Positions 34,001-36,842 of a DNA stretch of 36,842 nucleotides are shown one piece after another (the first letter of the stretch is position 1; each line of letters begins with the position of its first letter). A model generated the notes under the pieces. The model had not been told where the DNA came from. It worked only from the letters and a program-made list of their open reading frames with translations, and did not search any database. Source of the DNA: a virus (Duplodnaviria > Caudoviricetes); IMG/VR virus record IMGVR_UViG_3300017828_000004, positions 1 to 36,842 of that record, one strand, 5' to 3'. The translations under genes were made by a program, and so were the position numbers.

Positions 34001-36842
34001 ATGTCTTGAGGATAAAGCTCAAGCATTGCATTCAGGTTGGAATAGTTGGAAAATATTCCAATTAACTTATTTCCAGCTTGCTGATTATTATGATCTTCTA
34101 CCTGTTGATGAGGACTAAGAAAGTCTGTTCTTTCACTAGCTCCAGGTTTCATTTCCTCTATACGATCAGCTTCATTGGAAAGATATGGAGCATCTAGAGG
34201 ACGAATAATCTGTGGCATTACTTCTGGATGTGTAAGAACTTCCCAATGAAGATCCTTATACTTCTGTTTAACCTGTTTAAGTTCATCAAAGTTTGAATCT
34301 CCAGCACTAGTCTTTGCAAGTCTACCATCAGGAGTAATTGTATATCTATACTCATATGTGTTCATCTTATCAACATCAAAGTCTGAACCCATCTGAGTGA
34401 CTGTTTCATCAGACACAACCATAAGTTTGTTAAAATACTTATGATTAGTCTTATCATTAGCTTGAGAAGGGGGTAGAAATCCTACGATCTCAATGGGCAT
34501 TGCTGAAGACTTGCTTTGGTGAGGAAGTCTCGCTCCAATCATCTTCCTTATCTCAGGATCAAGCTTTTCATCATCTATAACTCTTCTATTCTTTCCATCT
34601 TCTGTTTCAACAGTCTTTGTATAATCATTGATATCAAGTAGATTTCCATTTTCATCCTTAAAATTCCAGGGAATCATTGCCTGTGCAGGTAGAACATTTC
34701 CATCTTCGTCTTTTCTTACATGTTTAAGCCCTTCTTCTGGATCATAAGATTCTGTAACTGCAATTGGAGAATTATTTCCTATTCCATGCCATCCGGCCCC
34801 AGAAACCTGTACATAGTTAGCACCATACATCTCCTGTTCAATAATCTCATTATTAATGAGAGAATTAAGAAGGCTCTCAATACTCTCTGTATTAGGAGTA
34901 AATGATAGTGGAATAACAAACTCTGCATTTTCATCAAGTTCAAGAGCATCAATAGCTGACGGATCCCAATCTCTAGCTCTAGCTTCCCTTAGAAGTTCAT
35001 CTCTAAGAGCAGTCATATCTTCAAATTCATACTTCTCTTTTGTCACATCAAGATCAGTATCAACATTTTCTTCATTTCTACTAACATCATCTGTTCTCAC
35101 TCCAAGTCTATCAAGAAGTCTTCTCTTAGAAATTCTAAACATTTCTTTACGATATTCTTGCTTCTTCCTATCTACCTCTGCACCACTTCTTTCTTCTCCT
35201 TCAATTTCAAATCCAGAGAAGTTTTTAATATTATGAGGTAAAAGCCTATTCATCTGAGAGATAGTCTTAATCCCTTTATCATTATTAGGAAGTTCAAATT
35301 GTAGACCAAGATTATCTCTGTCTATAGTCTGTACATTTCCTGTATTAGGATCATCAGCCTCATCTATAGACTTGAATTGATCAACTAGTCCTCTATCTCC
35401 ATCTCCATAGAGGTCTGTATCTTTAAATGTCTTTCTTTCATCATCTTTGAATACATCAGAAGGATTATAAGCACCAAGTTTATCAGCACTCTGAAATGCT
35501 ACTCTTTGAATATTTTCTTCCTGACCAGTTCCCTCCATAGCAAGCCTAAGATTATCAAGATCAGTTCCTTTTGTCATTTCGGGAATTAGGGGCCAAGAAG
35601 AACTCTTTCTATAGATAGCATGAGATGAATCAAGATGGTCATAGTAATGCTCTCCTACAATAAGAGGCTTATGGGGCATCAGATAAAAGTTTTCAAGTTC
35701 TTCCTTTGTGAGAACATCTGAAATCTTGAAATAGTTATTTTCATTATTAGGGTCTTGTCTCACTTCATCAATCTTATCCATTAGCTTATTAAAGATAGAA
35801 TCTCTCACCTTTCCATGAGACTTTGCCATGATTAGATGTTCTCTAAATGTAGTGTATTCCTGAGCATCAGTAGACTCAATTTCTCTATACAGCTTGGCTA
35901 GATTTTCAGGAAGCATTTCTTCATACTGCTCCATGTGCTTAGACTCAATAAACCTATCATTAATGGTGGCAATTTTTACACTGTTTTCTCCTCTAGCCCA
36001 ATTAGCTGTAATCTTGGGGGCAATGTGATTGGCAAGTCTCTTCTGTAGGTTAGTCATTGTCTGCTCATGGACCTTAAATGAAGACTCCTCATTGAGATTA
36101 CCTTTCACATGCTGTGCAGGATCTCCTGGTAGGAGTTGCAGCATGTTTATATTAAAGAACCTATTTGAAAGCTGATAATCAAGAGCAGCATATGTTAGTT
36201 TTCTATCTCCATTTCTCATTCTAAATGGGATATCTCTCAAATAGGTAGAGTCCATAAGAAACTCAGTTGCCTTTGCTCCTTCTTCTGCAATATCAAGATC
36301 TTTCCATCTTTCTTTTGTCTCATTTACCTGTTCAGATAGACGATCAAGAAGAACCTTTTCAATAGTATCTCTAGCTATATCGTTGTTAACAGGATCTTTG
36401 AAGTCTACAACTTCATCAGATTGGTTTAGATTATAGATCCTCTTTCTTTCAGTATCAGTAAGATTTTCAGGATTTAGTTCAGGAAAGAGAAAGAATCTCT
36501 GTGCAGCTTCAACATATTCTTCTCCAAGAGGATGATCTTCAGCATTATTAGCCTTCTCCCACTGCTGCATATGTCTAATTCTCTTAATCTCTGCTTGAGC
36601 CATGTCATAGAGAACATGACCTTCAATACCACTAAATAACTCTCCATCTTCATAGTGATATAGGCTTAGATTTCCATCATCATCTACATTTGAATTGGGA
36701 GAGTTGAGCCACTTATTGACATTATAGATATCGTGGACTTTGGGGAGAGTGATAATATATTCCCTTTCCTTATCCGAAAGTGTGGGAGATAGAAATCTTA
36801 CTCTACCATTTCTCTGTTCTCTCTGGAATAGTCCAAGCTTTG
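31090..36842 (-). CDS. Virion RNA polymerase (crAss-type two-barrel) with C-terminal zincin-like domain; 5' truncated by window
   Basis: Frame stays open from 36603 to the window edge (...SPTLSDK...). Motifs TDAQ, RLPHQ, GSDFDVDK (DFDVD 34369-34383), SALDNAK; HEWIH (31819-31833) with downstream EFLA. Confidence 0.88.
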   Translation of the reverse strand, partial: KLGLFQREQRNGRVRFLSPTLSDKEREYIITLPKVHDIYNVNKWLNSPNSNVDDDGNLSLYHYEDGELFSGIEGHVLYDMAQAEIKRIRHMQQWEKANNAEDHPLGEEYVEAAQRFFLFPELNPENLTDTERKRIYNLNQSDEVVDFKDPVNNDIARDTIEKVLLDRLSEQVNETKERWKDLDIAEEGAKATEFLMDSTYLRDIPFRMRNGDRKLTYAALDYQLSNRFFNINMLQLLPGDPAQHVKGNLNEESSFKVHEQTMTNLQKRLANHIAPKITANWARGENSVKIATINDRFIESKHMEQYEEMLPENLAKLYREIESTDAQEYTTFREHLIMAKSHGKVRDSIFNKLMDKIDEVRQDPNNENNYFKISDVLTKEELENFYLMPHKPLIVGEHYYDHLDSSHAIYRKSSSWPLIPEMTKGTDLDNLRLAMEGTGQEENIQRVAFQSADKLGAYNPSDVFKDDERKTFKDTDLYGDGDRGLVDQFKSIDEADDPNTGNVQTIDRDNLGLQFELPNNDKGIKTISQMNRLLPHNIKNFSGFEIEGEERSGAEVDRKKQEYRKEMFRISKRRLLDRLGVRTDDVSRNEENVDTDLDVTKEKYEFEDMTALRDELLREARARDWDPSAIDALELDENAEFVIPLSFTPNTESIESLLNSLINNEIIEQEMYGANYVQVSGAGWHGIGNNSPIAVTESYDPEEGLKHVRKDEDGNVLPAQAMIPWNFKDENGNLLDINDYTKTVETEDGKNRRVIDDEKLDPEIRKMIGARLPHQSKSSAMPIEIVGFLPPSQANDKTNHKYFNKLMVVSDETVTQMGSDFDVDKMNTYEYRYTITPDGRLAKTSAGDSNFDELKQVKQKYKDLHWEVLTHPEVMPQIIRPLDAPYLSNEADRIEEMKPGASERTDFLSPHQQVEDHNNQQAGNKLIGIFSNYSNLNAMLELYPQDMVGSINKEGERGSKTVERVVRYKTEEGTKELNRIGGTNAEVKMPDGSVSSIAGVLEQLQNSALDNAKELILDKINATTNTATVISALAMLNDSEQGIPLKQLARFFAQPAIKEIDEEINRLESQINDEFISGDNQETAIGNVLKRLAMNYAESKAGENQKIDRDAYDEIVDSVERVREEKMNEKVVSAQIPDITSLTNALQQPFDSTEDEFVKTQRDVIDAYLGLYQISKALSSIQGTVNWGNRNGPGKSLMHSKDKVQSLNNLSKNPIFANTTDAIRESDGSLTEWGAAAHNSFVLAHKLYGDLFHYDSAVFDAVKNEMDEQTDNGISPDKALSVFRELRSFVFASDGMLNTEGFTVEGERSRLLFGENNIAQKVKDVRDEKNVTNFFLNRLRVETPNSEDDIATVRYSADKGDRTDEIRVIQDFAGMLTSDDDVIRQLAEDLVKYTFLVSGGVQSPTSFHNKVPLGYLIQEGLKESIDEFDFSNNMETSVRFKEQYYQHNPTDARQLTDSEVNIIRNHQSDKNLIKLDINPNDIPTLFEETPKSGLVGKYEYLSLRDSDKWRLYKQLGTSTYYEIDTLGKGARMKEYNPNKDKTYQSSHLEDNQSRLDHNPFSDDREATRGAYDSAIRLSNAINEKDKVSFSQYYQSVKDHVDDHYTIEMLEFVEAIDTNFSVRFYSNEEMQKAFNTDSEARFETSTPNVFYLNKDALSDKSDEYIARTILHEWIHKQTYEVYNKNKSERTEREQKLIENLEGLMDKAVERGKSKMSKRLRRNIINEDGSYDFMEFLAYGIANKDGQKWLNSVKIGSESASLLEQIINTLQDIIEGVIEASGFDVAENSSLRLTIENTLNLIETVKARDSVSDNPESVSESERSEQNIETKEEAEKEFQKQLDMFTNDEGDIESEEEAQQEFEDKMNEYFEGDEGFDQSEPLEQQMGLDKTIGELRSTLSDRQKEIFDQNRNRFQTKC

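Larger units (their letters stand above)
1..36842. other. Crassvirales-like phage genome segment (replication module converging on virion RNAP/ejection protein module)
   Basis: Gene set and order (PolB, SF2 helicase, DnaB, AAA ATPase, SSB, primase, PD-(D/E)xK, UDG, ThyX, rIIA/B, dUTPase, NrdJ) opposite giant ORFs with a DFDxD RNAP motif. Tight ATGA/TAATG gene overlaps, A-rich leaders, no host housekeeping genes, no integrase. Confidence 0.88.

Noticed and set aside
1382-35236. Numerous 60-140 aa antisense or alternate-frame ORFs in the track (e.g. 1382-1564, 4110-4415, 17693-18527, 25239-25670, 32891-35236)
   Set aside because: They lie inside well-supported genes or intron cores and have the I/L/F/S-rich composition expected from shadow frames.
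36601-36603. ATG at 36603 as the start of the virion RNAP
   Set aside because: The frame remains open to the window edge and includes a conserved-looking PTLSDK segment, so the gene begins outside the window.
1-36842. Stop-codon reassignment (TAG or TGA), known in some crAss-like phages
   Set aside because: Giant ORFs are intact in the standard code. TAG (e.g. 5237, 5867) and TGA end genes at sensible boundaries, and the interruptions are explained by introns, one TAA and one frameshift.
1-36842. CRISPR array, tRNA or rRNA genes, integrase, reverse transcriptase/DGR
   Set aside because: No regularly spaced repeats, cloverleaf-like intergenic segments or relevant protein motifs seen; intergenic gaps are short. 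Not confirmed with software.

Overview
This window is a fragment of an AT-rich lytic bacteriophage genome with Crassvirales-like (crAss-like) organisation. Bases 1-27493 (+) form a dense replication and nucleotide-metabolism module: family B DNA polymerase, SF2 helicase, DnaB-like helicase, Sak4-like AAA ATPase, SSB, primase, RusA-like resolvase, PD-(D/E)xK nuclease, UDG, ThyX, rIIA/rIIB, dUTPase, SleB-like hydrolase, class II RNR and many small ORFs. It converges on two giant minus-strand virion/ejection genes, one of them a crAss-type virion RNA polymerase (DFDVD) with a zincin domain that runs off the window edge. Two group I introns could be mapped to the nucleotide (552-1520 in polB; 7915-8723 in the AAA ATPase), each carrying a GIY-YIG endonuclease; the second has a premature TAA. 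Main oddities: the two giant proteins contain only two cysteines between them, the last residue of one and residue 4 of the next, suggesting head-to-tail covalent linkage; thyX is split by a +1 frameshift; UDG has Gly in place of its catalytic Asp; an FmdB-like gene appears to start at ATT behind a strong SD; CG-rich codon patches sit on RNR catalytic motifs; and the proteome looks acidic. All family assignments come from motif recognition by eye; no searches were run.
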